Part shown: one piece after another, positions 25,608-39,439 of the stretch
How positions within the stretch are numbered: the first letter of the stretch is position 1
Layout: every line of letters starts with the position of its first letter
NCBI RefSeq assembly: GCF_035084215.1
Contig: NC_090336.1
Coordinates: 21,638,001 to 21,702,000, forward strand
Direction: 5' to 3'
From: Heptranchias perlo
Lineage: Eukaryota
Length of the DNA stretch: 64,000 nucleotides
Notes under the pieces: model-generated
Seen by the model: the letters and a program-made list of their open reading frames with translations, nothing else
Told to the model about the DNA's origin: nothing
Databases searched by the model: none
Position numbers and translations under genes: made by a program

Positions 25608-25847
25608 TCTGACGTAGACAAGAATATTGAAGTACTGAGGAAGAAGGACGACGAGCTGAGCATCGCACTGGAAAAAATGGAGAACCAGTCTGAAAATAAT
25701 GACATTGATGAGATTGTCGTGCCAACAGCTCCCCTCTACAAACAGATCCTAAATCTTTATGCAGAGGAGAATGCCATTGAGGACACCATTTTCTACCTGG
25801 GTGAAGCACTGAGACGTGATGTCATTGATCTGGAAGTCTTCTTAAAG
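25608..25847 (+). CDS. TSG101: TSG101 coding exon 9 (PTAP motif, Vps23 core/steadiness box)
   Basis: cccag|TCT...AAG|gtaat; 240 nt; SDVDKNIEVLRKKDDEL...VVPTAPLYKQILNLYAEENAIEDTIFYLGEALRRDVIDLEVFLK. Confidence 0.97.
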
Positions 25848-26654
25848 GTAATTGAAGTCTGAACTGATGTGGTAACTATTCTCTCTTTCCCACCCCCCCC
25901 CCCCCCACTTGGGGGGGTGAGGTCTCAGTATATCTAACATTATTAGTGTCAAAAGTGGTTGTGTTACAAGAAGGGAGGGCAGTGGAGTCCCGGCCATGAT
26001 TTACTGAAACCAAGTTTAAAATTGCCAGCACCTTGTTAGGACCAAAGAACTGTGTCTGTATTGAGGCCCTGTATTGTCCACCTCCATCTCCCTAGTCCAA
26101 TTTTGAGAGCAGCGTCTGGGTCTGCACATTCGTTCCCTGGAGCAATACTGTTTGAGCAGCCCAGTATCTGTCCACTCCCTTCTCTGATGAGTACAGTGCG
26201 AGGCAATATTGTTTGCCCAGAGGGTGTGTGGTATGTCTAAGTTTGGTGTTTGAGGAATATACATCCTTAATCTGCAGAAACCATGGTGATATCCTATTGC
26301 ATGCGGTTATCCCTAGCCCTGTCATTTTCAGGGGAGATGAGAGACCATGTTTTCCAAGTTCTGTGGGACACACTAATGCAATTAACTACTGCTATAAGTG
26401 CCTGCCGAGCGTTCTCTCTGAGGGCTGTGATTTCCTGACCGTGTTAAGCACAGTAGCTATTAGCAGGATTTGTAAACTGATCTAAAATGTCTTTTATTTC
26501 TTGAACTGTTGGTTTGTTAGAAAAATGTGGCCCAGTAAGTAGCTGTTTAGGATTAAAGAGATGACCATGTCTACTGCCACCACTATGGATACTATGCACA
26601 ACGCTAACACTACCGAGTTCAGAGAATGCGCAGCGCTGACACTACTGAGTTCAG

Positions 26655-29140
26655 ATAAGGGGCGAGGTCATGGAGTGATTTCAACATGAGGATGAGAATT
26701 TTAAAATCAAGGTGTTGGTGGACCGGGAGCCAATGTAGGTCAGTGAGGACAGGGGCGATGGGTGAACAAGACTTGCTGCGAGTTAGGATACGGGCAGCAG
26801 AGTTTTAGTTGAGCTCAAGTATTTTGAAGATGGGAGGCCGTCTGGGAGAGCATTAGAATAGTCAAGTCTAGAGGTAACAAAGGCATGGATGAGGGTTTCT
26901 TTAGCAGATGAGCTGAGGCAGGGGTAGAGATGCATGATGTTACGCAGGTGGAATTAAGCGGTCTTGGTGATGGAGCGGAGGTCATCTCAGTCAAACAGGA
27001 CGCCAAGGTTGCAAACTGTCTGGTTCAGTCTCAGACAGTGGCCAGGGGAAGCGATGGAGTCGGTGGCTAGAGAAGGGAGTTTGTGGCAGGAACTGAACAC
27101 AATGGCTTCGGTCTTCCCAATGTTTAGTTGGAGGAAATTTTTGCTCATCCTGTACTGGATGTTGAACAAGCAGTGTGACAAAACAGAGACAGTGGAGGGG
27201 TCGAGGGAGGTGGTGAGGTAGAGCTGGGTGCCGTGAGCGTGCATGTGGAACCTGATGTTGTGTTTTCAGATGATGTTGCCGAGGGGCAGCATGTAGATGA
27301 GAAATGGGAAGGGACTAAGGATAGATCCTTGGGGGACTCCAGAGGTAACGGTGAGGGAATGGGAAAAGAAGCCATTTGCAGGTGATTCTCTGGCTCTGAC
27401 CGGAAAGATAAGAATGGAACCAAACGAGGTCAGTCCCACCCAGCTGGACAACGGAGGAGAGGCATTGGAGGAGGATGGTGTGGTCAACCATGTCAGGCTG
27501 CAGACAGGACAATAAGGATGATGAGGGATAGTTTACTATGGTCACAGTCATATAGGATGTCATTTGTGATTTTGATAACGGCCATTTCAGTACAGTAGCA
27601 GGGGCGGAAACCTGATTGGAGGGATTCAAACATGCGGGAAAGATAGGCATGGATTTGGGTGGCAACAACACGTTCAAGGACTTCGGAGAGGAGAGGGAGG
27701 TTGAAGATGGGATGGTAGTTTGCAAGGACAGAGGAATCAAGAGAGGGTTTTTGACGAGGGGGTGATGACGGCAGATTTAAAGGGAAGGGGGACAGTACCT
27801 GAGGAGAGGGAACCGTTAACAATATCAGCTAACATGGGGGCCAGGAAGGGAAGTTGGGTGGTCAGCAGTTTGGTGGGAATAGGGTCGAGGGAGCAGGAGG
27901 TGGATCTCATGGTCAAGATGAGCTCGGAGAGGGCATGAGGGGAGATAGGAAGAGAAACTAAAGAAAGGTGCGAGTCCAGGGCTAGGGCAGGGGAGAACCA
28001 CAGGGGAAGTTTGGCTTGGTGTGCTGGGGGAAGGAAGGGAGGCAGCTGAATGGTTGGTCTCAATCTTAGTGACAAAGTAGTCCATGAGCTCCTTGCGTTT
28101 GTTGTTGGTAAGGGTGGAGGAGACAGGGGTGAGGAGTTTAAGACGACGGTTTGTAGTGGAAAAGAGCAGGCGAGGATTATCTTTACGTTCCTGGAATAGT
28201 GAGCAGTTTTGGCAGAGGAGAGCAGGACCCGATAGTGCTTTATGTGGTCCAGCCAGATCTGGCGATGAATGGCTAAACCAGTTGTCCGCCATAAACATTC
28301 AAGTCTGCCACCCTTGGACTAAGGGAGCGGAAATAGGGCCCTACCAGGGAGAACGACCAGGGCGAGAGAGAGTAATGGTTTTAATGGGCATCAAAGTTGG
28401 AAGTGCAGGTGTGATTGAGCAGATGTCGTGGTGAATGGTGGGGCCAAAGGCTAGGCAGTTGGGAATTCAAAAGTGCCGTTGTAAGTGACCCGGGGGAGAG
28501 TTTTTTTTCCAGGGGCGAACGCAGAAGCAAGTGGGGTTGGGAGTGGGAAGGGGGATGTGGGTGGAGAGGGATACAAGGAAGTGAGCAGAGATGGCCTTAT
28601 CAGTGATTGCACGATGGGAGTAGAAAGGCCACGTGAGCTGGCAAGGTCGAGGGGGTGGCCGTGAATATGGGTAGGGGAGTTTATATGGAGGGAGAGATTA
28701 AAGAAGGATAGGAAGTCAGTGAACTCAGGAGAGGGAGCATGATGAGTTGAGACGGAGGTTGAAGTCACAGAGGATGAGAAGTCGCTCGGTGCAGAGGCTG
28801 AGGGAGGAAAGCAGTGAAGGTATTTCGGTGAGAAAGTTGGCATGGTACTTGGGTGGGTGGTAGAGAACGAGGATTTTAAAGGAGAGGTGAGAGGGGTAGA
28901 ACAAGGTGAGATGCTCAAAGGAGAAGGTGCCAGAAGAGTAGAAGGGCCGACCAAGGTGTGATTTGGTGATAAGAGCCACACTGCCACTGGGGCAGTCTGG
29001 ATGGGGCAAGTGGTGGACGATATAGTCAGGCAGAGAGGCTTCATTTAAGGGGGAAGGTGTCATCACCATGTTTCATGAAGGCCATGATGTCGATGCAATC
29101 ATCCACAATAAGCTCATGGATGGCAAGAGCTCCTGCACTC
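26655..29140 (-). mobile_element. L2-type LINE (decayed endonuclease + RT)
   Basis: LILCDFNL, SCSLDPIPTKLL, QSGFRPCYCTE, SGVPQGSILSP and LQLNIGKTEAI motifs across broken ORFs. Confidence 0.85.
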
Positions 29141-29639
29141 CGGTGCCTGCTCCCATGCCCGGTCCCCCACTCCCACGTCCCCCGCTCCCGCGCGCCCCCT
29201 CCCCCCCCCCCCCCCAGTGAAGTGTTATCAAACCAACCTTAGCATTTAATGTCGCCATTGCTGTTCTCTAAGTGGCAGATCACCTATCCAGGTACAACCT
29301 GTGTGCTCCTATTAAATTGCAAAAAATAAAATGATTTGAGGTAAAATGTTTGCACGAGACGGGCTCAGATGAGGACTGTCTTGCCAAGTTCCAATGGTTA
29401 AGTTTGTTCAAGAAATGACTGCAATATTGACTAAGGCTCCTAAGGCAATGCTCTTGCTACTGTAGATACTTTTGCAACAATCTGCAATTGATGGCCTTAA
29501 TTTAGTGGAGTTTTTGCATCTCAGCAATCCAGCTCCATTGACACACCCACGATAAAAAAAATTCTGATTTTCCAGTAGGTGCAAAGGTTTGAGATTCCTT
29601 TTCAGGAAAATATGGGTTGGGGAGCTTCCAGAGGAGGAA

Positions 29640-29900
29640 GTGTGTACACTGTGGGGCTGTTCACACGGTAACGATCGAGGGAGGGAGTGTGTACACAGTG
29701 GGGCTGGTCACACAGTAATGATCGGGGAGGGAGTGTGTACACAGTGGGGCTGGTCACACAGTAATGATCGGGGAGGGAGTGTGTACACAGTGGGGCTGGT
29801 CACACATTAATGATCGGGGGAGGGACTGTGTACACAGTGGGGCTGCTAACAGTACTGATCAGGGAGGAAGTGTACACAGTGAGGCTGCTTACATAGTACT
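29640..29900. repeat. About 46-bp minisatellite, roughly 6 diverged units
   Basis: unit GTGTGTACACAGTGGGGCTGGTCACACAGTAATGATCGGGGAGGGA. Confidence 0.9.
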
Positions 29901-31111
29901 TAGGTGGAGGTGAAGCAGGAGGATTTTTAAGAAGCACTAGCAGATGCTGAAAACTGTCCCTAGCACGATCATTACCTGCCTTGCTGCCATCAGAGTTGCT
30001 AGTAGGGAGCTGGATGTTTTGGTGCGGCAGACTGTCCAGGAAGGTTGCCCCTTGCACTTCATTAGGATCGCACATTTTGGTGAGTAACTGGTTCAGGAAG
30101 GTTGGAAATTGTTTCTATTAAGGTTTGTGACCTTCATGCTCTGTTGGGGGATCCATTATTAAGACTGTCCTATTTAAATCCCCCCCCCCCCACCAGAATT
30201 GCTGAAGTTTATGCCAAATTGAGTTTTTTATCTCATAAGTAAAACTTCAACACTGTCATTTTGCCACCATGTGTTTTGTTGGAAAGTATCATTTTGTTGA
30301 TTGCAGAACTTTAGCATTCCAGCTATTTTTTTGGTTCTATAACAAAACTTTAGATAAAGCTGTCAGGTAAACACATCCACTGAGCAAAGCAGCGGTCCAT
30401 TTTACGTGTGACACATGATTGGTCAATATGCAGGGGATTCCTGAAGTGATCAGGATGAAAGGCCTGAGAGATTCCGTGAATGGTCAGCATCAAACTGCTA
30501 CATAGTATTCAGGGACCTTGTGTCTAGTCAGTTTACGTGGACACAGCAGATGCAATTCTTATTTTCCTATCTTCTGAAAGGGTGGGGAGTAGTTAAGTTA
30601 GTAATTACTGTAAATTTACAATGTATCATTGTTGTTTTACTGTTAGGCTATAAACTGCCAGATATGTCAGTCCAGCAAATGTTTATTCTACCGCCGCCCA
30701 ACGTTAAAGGTCACATGTGAGCACGATGTAATCAGTAAGCCAGAATACAATAACAAAGGTTTTTTGTTCGATCCTAGGGCTCTAGATGTTGGGCAAGTAA
30801 AGGCTTTATTTTATACCTAACTGCCTTAGGAAGTTGTGCTGCATTGCCCAAGACTGGCATCCCTCACAATGACTAGGACAAACTTTAATTAAAGAAAATG
30901 CAGAGCAACCTGGTTGATGACCTTTCAGCCCAGACACAATTAGCATTTGAGTTCAGTTACCATTCTGAGAATTTAGAAAGCAATCTATATCTCTAACCTA
31001 ATACCACAGAGCACCTGACTTTGAATCGTGGCACTGTCTGTGCGTGAACTTGGATTTTCTAATTTGTTGCCACTGCAGAAGTCACTAATGTATTTTTCCC
31101 CCTCTCTACAG

Positions 31112-31201
31112 CATGTGCGCCTCTTGTCTCGCAAACAGTTCCAGCTTCGAGCATTGATGCAGAAAGCAAGAAAGACAGCTGGCCTTAGTGACTTGTACTG
31201 A
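31112..31201 (+). CDS. TSG101: TSG101 last coding exon 10
   Basis: ctacag|CAT...TAC TGA; HVRLLSRKQFQLRALMQKARKTAGLSDLY*, the canonical TSG101 C-terminus. Confidence 0.97.
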   Translation, partial: HVRLLSRKQFQLRALMQKARKTAGLSDLY

Positions 31202-31422
31202 GCGATTCCTTGTGTGACTCTAGAGCTAGGTCTGGCTCCTTTTCTCTATTATTTGTCTGTCTGCATCCAACCAGTTTCATAGAAAGAAGAAAGGATAAGT
31301 TATTGCATATTCCAGCTGTAAATTATGTTGACTTTCTGATTTTTTTTTTCCCTTTATAAACAGCTTTTTGTTAAGGCACTTTGTATTTACCTGTAACAGT
31401 CAGAAAAAAATGTAGGAATTGG

Positions 31423-31428
31423 AATAAA
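31423..31428 (+). terminator. Probable TSG101 polyadenylation signal
   Basis: AATAAA about 220 nt after the stop, following an AU-rich 3'UTR. Confidence 0.6.
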
Positions 31429-32089
31429 GATTCTTTAAATTCCAAGCTTATTGACAGCTGGAGTGTGTCGGGAGGGTTTTATCCAAGTTATTCATTCTAA
31501 CTGTTGTAGTATTTAGAAAGAAAAATATCCTTGCTCATTGTATTGAGTCATACAGAATAATTGGTATGTCCCGTTGATCCTGGCCTTTGCTGAATCAGCT
31601 GACTTCTTACAAGACTGTTGCTATGGCATGAAAATTCACCTTATCACCCCCAGCAAAGGAGGGGAAAGATCAGGCAAGACACATTGTGACCCCTGCTGAA
31701 AAGTGCTTGTGTGGTCATTGGTCGAGGACAGGATGAGGCTCAGCTGTAATGCCCCCCACGGTCGCACAGCCAATAAACATTCGTTAATGAAAAACGGCTG
31801 CTTGGGTGAAGTACTAGAGGACAACCAACACCAGTGGAACCATTACCCAGCAAGAGGCAGAGGGGGAAAATTGGATGTAAAAAGTTTTAAAAACCTGTAA
31901 GAAGGGAGTTTCTTGGGAGTTGCTGCCCTGGGACACTGTCTCAATGTGCATGCTTGAGCCTTACCACTTCCATAACCACATCAATCCATGAACCCATTCA
32001 AAACAATACGTTCTGTTATGTTGCTATGCCATGGCAGCATTGGCTGTATTATCCTCCTCCATCACTTTATTGTCCAGCTCTATGGGACT

Positions 32090-32910
32090 GCCCCTTTGCC
32101 AGTCCATATTCAGCTATAACTTTTCCATTCCCCCTGAAGTCCCCTCTAGAATTCCTCAAGGATTTTATCCTTAGTCTCCTGCTCTTCCATTTACGTGCTG
32201 CTGCTTGTTGACACTATCTGGGGACACAGAGGCAGTTTCTGTGATGTCAGACTGCCTGCACCTTGTGGATGAGCTGAAATGTCATCCAATTGAATGTTGG
32301 GAAAAATAAAATAATTCCAGGCCCCCTGCCCACCATACTCCCTTATCATTGACTCTTTGCACTTCCTGGTTACTCACTCAAGTTGAATCTTGAGCCATGC
32401 AAAACCTTGCATCCTGTTTGAACATGAGCCAAGCTTCAAACACCACAACTTATCAAGACATGGCTCACCTCTGCTCCAATCACTGCCAAAACTCTTATCC
32501 TAACTTTTGTCACCTCTGGACTCAATTTCTGCAATGCCCTTCATAAACCCCAACATGTCCAAAATTCTTATCACCTACATTCTGTGCCACATAAGTTCAC
32601 TTGCTCATCATGCCCTATCCTTGTTGGCTCCCTGTGTTCATTGCCTTGAATTTTAAAATCCTGCGTGTCCTCTTCAAGTACCTCCATAGCCTCACCCCAC
32701 CCTACTTCTGCAACCTACTGCAGTATGGTATCCCCCACATCTGCCCGTTGATTTTCTGATTCTGGCCTGTGAATTCACCCCTCCACTTCTGTCGCCCACC
32801 ATTGCCTCAGCCCTACTTTCTAGAACTCCCTTGCTAAATCTTTCCATATCATCTTCTCTCTCCACCTCTAAAAGCCTCTTTAAAATCCACGTGTTCAGTC
32901 AGGCTTTTAA
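32090..32910 (+). mobile_element. Highly decayed L2-type fragment
   Basis: residual similarity to 60480-60640 and 63170-63950. Confidence 0.6.
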
Positions 32911-32944
32911 TCTTTTAGTTAAGGAATAATTTAGCTTTTAGTTA

Positions 32945-35330
32945 AGAAATAATTCATAATTCTCAATGACTATACATTCCCTTGAGGAATAAAAACTCCA
33001 CGGGAAAAGTGATCCAACCGTGGCTAACTAAAGAAGCTAAGGATAGTATTAGATTAAAAGAGGCTTACAATGTTGCCAAAGAGAGCAGTAAGCCTGAAGA
33101 TTGGGAGGGTTTTAGAAATCAGCAAAGGATGACCAAGAAATTGATAAATGCCTCGCCAGCAACGTCCATATCCCATGAATGAATAAAAAAAGTTTCTACA
33201 GTTATGTAAAAAGGAAGAGATTAGTGAAAGTAAATGTGGGTCCCTTAGAGGCAGAGACAGGAGAAATTATAATGGGGAATAAGGAAATGGCAGAGACATT
33301 AAATATTTTGTATCTGTCTTCACAGTAGAAGACACAAAAAACATACCGGAAATAGTGGGGAACCAAGGGTCCAATAGAGTGAGGAACTTAAAGTAATTAA
33401 GATTAGTAAAGAAAAAGTGCTGGAGAAATTAATGGGACTAAAAGCTGACAAATCCCCTGGACATGATAGCCTACATCCTAGGGTTTTAAAAGAGGTGGCT
33501 GCAGAGATAGTGGATGTATTGGTTTTGATCTTCCAGAATTCCCTAGATTCCAGAACAGTCCCCATGGATTGGAAGGTAGTAAATGTAACCCCGCTATTCA
33601 AGAAAGGAGGGAGAGAGAAAACAGGGAACTATAGGTCAGTTAGCCTGACATCAGGGAAAACGCTGGAATCAATCATTAACGGGGCACTTAGAAAATCATG
33701 TGATTAGGCAGAGTCAACACAGTTTTATGAAAGGGAAATCATGTTTGGCAAATCTATTAGAGTTTTTTGAGGGTGTAACTAGCAGGGTAGATAAGGGGGA
33801 ACCAGTGGATGTAGTTAGTATATTTGGATTTTCAAAAGGCATTCGATGAGCTGCCAAACAAGAGGTTGCTACACAAGATTGGCACCCCATCCACCACCTT
33901 AAAGATTCACTCCCTCCACCACCAGCACACCTCCCAAACCTGCGACCTTTACCACCTAGAAGGAACAACACCACCTGCACGTTCCCCTCCAAGTCACACA
34001 CCATCCTGACTTGGAAATATATCACCGTTCCTTCATCGTCGCTGGGTCAAAATCCTGGAACTCCCTTCCTAACAGCACTGTGGGAGAACCTTCACCACAC
34101 GGACTGCAGCAGTTCAAGAAGGCGGCTCACCACCACCTTCTCAAGGGCAATTAGGGATGAGCAATAAATCCTGGCCATGACAGCGATGTCCGCATCCCAT
34201 GAATGAATTTTTAAAAAATTAGGGCTCATGGGATTGGGGATAATATATTAGCATGGATTGAGGATTGGTTAGCAGAACACTGAGAGTAGGAATAAATGGA
34301 TCACTTTTGGGTTGGCAGGTTGTAACTAGTGGGGTGCCACAAGGATCAGTGCTTGGGCCTCAGCTGTTTACAATCTATATCAATGACTTAGATGAGGGGA
34401 CTGAGTGTGATGTATCCAAGTTTGCTGATGCTACAAAGCTAGGTGGGAAAGTGAGCTGTGAGGAGGACGCAAAGAGGCTACAAAGGGATATCGACAGGTT
34501 AAGTGAGTGATTGGGAAGGTGGCAAATGGAGTATAATGTGGGGAAATGTAAAATTATCCACTTTAGGAGGAAGAATAGAAAAGCACAATTTTTTTTTAAA
34601 GGTGAGAGACTAGTAAATGTTGGTTTTCAGAGGGATTGGGTGTCCTTGTACACGAATCACAGAAAGTTAACATGCAGGTACAGCAAGCAATTAGGAAGGC
34701 TTTAGGAAGGTATGTTAGACTTTATTGGAAGGGGGTTGGAGTAAAAGAGTACGGAGGTCTTGCTGCAATTATATAGGGCTCTAGTGAGACCACACCTAAG
34801 TACTGTGTACAGTTTTAGTCTCCTTACCTGAGGAAGGATATACTTGCCTTAGAGGGGGTGCAATGAAGGTTCACTAGATTGTTTCCTGGGATGAGAAGGT
34901 TGTCCTATGAGGAGAGATTGAGTAGAATGGGCCTATACTCTCTGGAGTTCAGTAGAAGGAGAGGTGATTTCATTGAAACGTATAAAATTCTTAGAGAGCT
35001 TGACAGGGCAGATGCTGAAAGGCTGTTTCCCCTGGCTGGAGAGTCAAGAACTAGGGGTCAGTCTCAGGATAAGGGATCGGCCGTTTAGGACCGAGATGAG
35101 GAAAAAATTTCTTCACTCAGAGGGTTGTGAATCTTTGGAATTATCTACCCGAGGACTGTGGATGCTCAGTTGTTGAGTCTGTTCAAGACTGAGATCAATA
35201 GATTTTGGGACACTAAGGGAATCAAGAGATATGGGGATAGGGCAGGAAAGTGGAGTTAAGGTGGAAGATTAGCCATGATCTTATGGCAGAGCAGGCTCGA
35301 AGGGCCTATTCCTGCTCCTGTTACTTAGGT
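32945..35330 (+). mobile_element. CR1-type LINE with nested 3' fragments (about 33145-33190 and 33877-34210) of the 60640-63168 family
   Basis: [33 protein letters not shown]...FADATKLGG; nested pieces match 62745-63168. Confidence 0.88.
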
Positions 35331-36547
35331 AAGTCATCTCTCCCAGCTCTTTCAGTATGACTTGACAGCTGTTCCCTTTTTCCCCCTCAGTAAAGCACCT
35401 TGGCCTACTTTTCTACATTAAAGGTGTCATACAAATGCAAGTTACTGTAAAGAGGATTCATCTGAATTGTTAGTCAAGATAATTGGTGCAAAGGATTTTG
35501 GGAAATATAGTTCCTTATTGGAAGAGATTTGAGCCATGTAAAACAATTTTTAAGGAATAGATTTTCACCTTTGTCCTTCTGAATGTATTTGGTTTCCAAT
35601 ATAGCTGCAGCTGTTATCCCCATTAATGTTATTACTGATGCCTCTTGCTAACTTCCACTATTTCAATAGCTGTAACAGCAATACGCAACAAAACATCACA
35701 TCCAAAATCGATGTTGTTCCAAAACAGGACCTGCATTGTTGCCTTCCCTTACTGCTATCCTCAGGAATGGAGTCCCATAGCATCAACATTCAGGAGTCCA
35801 CTCCACAGGCTTGCTATCACAATTGTTATACACAGCATTTGCATGGAGTAGATTTATTGGTTGCCTTTGTATTCCATTTCCTGGGAGGTATTACCCAGGA
35901 GGTGAACCTATTTTGTAGGATCGTCAACAGGGTTGGTAAGAAGCCAGTAGTTGTAATCACAATGTAACTTCGAACTGAAGGTGCAATCAGATGAGGTTTG
36001 AGGGTTTATGAAGGTAAGGAGAAAAATAGTGGTTTGAAAATGGAATTCCAGCAGATAGGGATGTAGTGGCTGAAAGATAGAGTTGAGCTCTGAATGTGGG
36101 ATCGATGAGCAGAAACCTGGAGTCAAAGGAGTGGAACGTGCAGACTGAAAAGGATTTCTAAAACAGGGTAGAGAGGGGGACTTGAAGAGGAAGACAATTT
36201 TTTTGTGGTCCATAATGTTGATATGTTAAACCTAAACAGTTAGAATGAACAAAATTATTAATTTCAATATGGTGCAGTCTTGATATGTTCTAGGTCAGTG
36301 GCAGGGTGCAGCATGAATTATGATTACAATTAGAAGGCAATTGAAAAGTAGTTTAGGTCTCACCTCAACCATAATTATCTCACAACTTTGGTTTTAATAT
36401 TTATTCCTTAGTTTCATGGGCTGAGCTCAAAACAGATACTAATTCAAAGGCAGATCAGAGATTCATGAAGTAGCAGTGAAAAGTAATTCCTCTTCCAACA
36501 CGACAGTCCACACCATCATAGGTCATATGTCCTTCCATAAGGCAATC

Positions 36548-37435
36548 GTAAGAACATAATAGGAGCAGGAGTCGGCCATACGGCCCCTCGAGCCTGCTCT
36601 GCCATTCAATAAGATCATGGCTAATCTTCAACCTCAACTCCACTTTCCAGCCGGATGCCCATATCCCTTGATTCCCCTAGAGTTCAAAAATCTATTGATC
36701 TCAGCCTTGAATATATTCGATGACTCAGTATCCACAGCCCTCTGGGGTAGAGAATTCCAAAGATTCACAACCCTCTGAAGAAATTCCTCCTCATCTCAGT
36801 CTTAAATGGCCGATCCCTTATCCTGCAACTAGGCCCCAGTTCTAGACTCCCCAGCCATAGGAAACAACCTCTCAGCATCTACCCTGTCAAGCCCCCTAAT
36901 AATCTTATATGTTTCAATGAGATCATTTCTCATTCTTCTAAACTCAAGAGAGTATAGGCCCATTCTACTCAATCTCTCCTCTTAGGACAACACTCTCATT
37001 CCAGGATTCAATTTAGTGAACCTTCATTGCACTGCCTCCAAGGCAAGTATATTCTTCCTTAGGTAAGGAGACAAAGACTGTTCACAGTACTCCTGGTGAG
37101 GTCTCACCAAACCCCTTTACAATTGTTGCTCTCTTCCTTTTCATATACTTGTAGAAGCTCTTACAATCTGTTTTTATATTTCTTGCTAGTTTACTTTCAT
37201 ATTCTATTTTCTCCCTTTTTAATCTTTTTTTTGTCATCCTTTGCTAGTTTCTGAAACTCTCCCAATCCTCAGGCTTACTACTTTTGGCAACATTATAAGC
37301 CTCTTCTTTTAATCTAATACTATCCTTAACTTCTTTAGTTAGGCATGGATGAATCACTTTTCCCATGGAGTTTTTTTTTCCTCAATGCAATGTATATTTG
37401 TTGAGAATGTTGAAATATTTCTTTAACTGTTTGCC
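36548..37435 (-). mobile_element. CR1-type LINE fragments
   Basis: similar to 10297-11040 and the complement of 32950-33200. Confidence 0.8.
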
Positions 37436-38592
37436 ATTAGATCAGATCCAGAACACATCCTATCAAGGTACTGTATTGCTGTACTTCAAAACTACTCCAC
37501 ATTGGTGTGAACAGTAAGCCAACAGCTGAACTGGAGGGTTGACCAACACTGGAGGTTGTTAATATACAGCCTCCCTCCATTTATGAAAGCGTATGCAGGT
37601 TTTATGGGTGTACCTTCCCTCATACCCAATTCTTCAAGTAAGCTGGAGGGATAGGGTCCATGTGCACTGAGGTAAACTTCACTATTATTTCTTTAAAAAT
37701 CAGCTTTAACACCAGCAACTTCCCATCAGTCTTTGCTGGAGTCCCAGCAATGAGAGATCACTGTAGACTGCAGTATCTTGAATATCCCACAGGCTGCATA
37801 GACATTTGCCAAACAGAGTTAAGACAGCAGAAATTTACTCCAGCAGGTTCTTGGGTTTACTTGGGAAATATGCAGGGGGTAATAGAACTACTTTGGACTC
37901 TATGGTGCCATGGCTCACTAGCTCAATGAGACACACACTAGAGGAAATTGTAAGAAACCACAGTACAAACTGCAAGTGCACTACACCTTCAGATCACCTT
38001 GCCCGTACCTGAACGGTCTGAAGTCCCACCATGGTTTCAGGGATTAAGTTTAATAATTGACAGCAGGTCTCTACGGACCAGGTAGCGCATGTGGTGAATG
38101 GGAGCATTCCCAAATATTTCTGAAGGATCAGCAGGAATCCTGCTCATTCTTTTCCCCGGATCTCAAAACTGGAACTCCTTTTGTCCCTCACCCATTCTTC
38201 CCTTCTTGCAATCTACAGGCCTTTAAAACCCAAGCATGGCACCATCTAACAATCACTATTTGATTTATACCATCTTCTCTCCTCTTCAACAGTTGGTGAT
38301 ATCAAGAGCCTTGACTTGGGTTTCTCAATAATTCAGAGAAAGGGTTCCCACAACAAAAAGGCAGCCTTTGCAGCTTAGATTGGTTTGGAGAATTCCATCA
38401 TTGATGAGTGAGCACCAGCTTATTATTTAAAAAACAGTTCTCCAGGATTTTAGGGGCATTGTTGCAGATTACCAGAGGGTTTCTGGGGATTGGAAACACG
38501 ATTCAGAGCTGCAAACTTTTAAAAAAAATATTGATCATATGATTAATCATAAGACAGCTTCAGAAAACAAAAGAGAATGGAGTTGATCAAAC

Positions 38593-38598
38593 TTTATT
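38593..38598 (-). terminator. Probable LDHA polyadenylation signal
   Basis: TTTATT on + (AATAAA on -) about 375 nt after the LDHA stop. Confidence 0.6.
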
Positions 38599-38973
38599 TT
38601 TTTTTCAACAGGAGATGGCTTTACTCAAATACATAGCTGCCTGCTCTACATAAATAGTTAAGACATTAACAGCAGTGAGGTGCTCAGGTGAGGAAGACGA
38701 CATGGTCTGATTGGTAAACACTGTCATTACACAAAATACTGACGAACTCCCTCCCAGTAATACTGAGAGCTGTTTAGCAATGCAGCATCAGAAAATACAG
38801 GTCATGGTCAGAAAAAAAAAACAAGTTATTAAAATTCACTAAAAGCAAGTGATCACAGAAATGACAGCAGACAAGGCAGCTGTCCATTTGCTAAAAGGGG
38901 CTAACACAACAAGATCACCAGTCTATGACCATTGTGAGGTTACTGCTGCATAGGAAGGCTAGAGTGGAGAGGT

Positions 38974-39138
38974 TCAGAACTGCAGATCCTTCTGAATGTC
39001 CCACAAGGTGTTGGCACTCTTCTGCAGCTGCCCTTCTTCATCTGGCTTCAGCGTCATCTTCACAATATTACAGATTCCATGGTTATCCAGAACACAAGGG
39101 AGGCTCATAAAAACATCATCTTTAATGCCATAGAAACC
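38974..39138 (-). CDS. LDHA: LDHA last coding exon (exon 8)
   Basis: cctatag|GGT...TTC TGA; 165 nt; [54 protein letters not shown], resembling dogfish muscle LDH C-terminus. Confidence 0.95.
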   Translation of the reverse strand, partial: GFYGIKDDVFMSLPCVLDNHGICNIVKMTLKPDEEGQLQKSANTLWDIQKDLQF

Positions 39139-39315
39139 CTATAGGAAGGGAACAACAGGTTGGTCAGAGCACAGCTGCTACTCAGTTAACATTATTTCAA
39201 CTCAGGTGTAGCAGGAAGTTGTGAACGGTCCTGTTTTAATGCTTACAGCTGATTGTACAAGTCCCACTCTTCCCCATACACAGTGCACTTCAGCACCTAA
39301 CATTGCTCCTCTTAC

Positions 39316-39439
39316 CTTAACCATTGTGGATATGGGGTGCACCCTTCGCAGGTTTTTCATAATCGTTTCCGCCAGGTCTGCCACGGACATCCCAATGGCC
39401 CAGGAGGTGTAGCCTTTCAGTTTTATCACCTCATAAGCA
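39316..39439 (-). CDS. LDHA: LDHA exon 7
   Basis: ctccag|T...AAG|gtaag; 124 nt; [41 protein letters not shown]. Confidence 0.96.

Noticed and set aside
38959-38976. Stop-codon readthrough to a peroxisomal signal, as known for LDHB
   Set aside because: The context is TGA ACC, not TGA CTA, and the extension (TSPL*) is not a PTS1.
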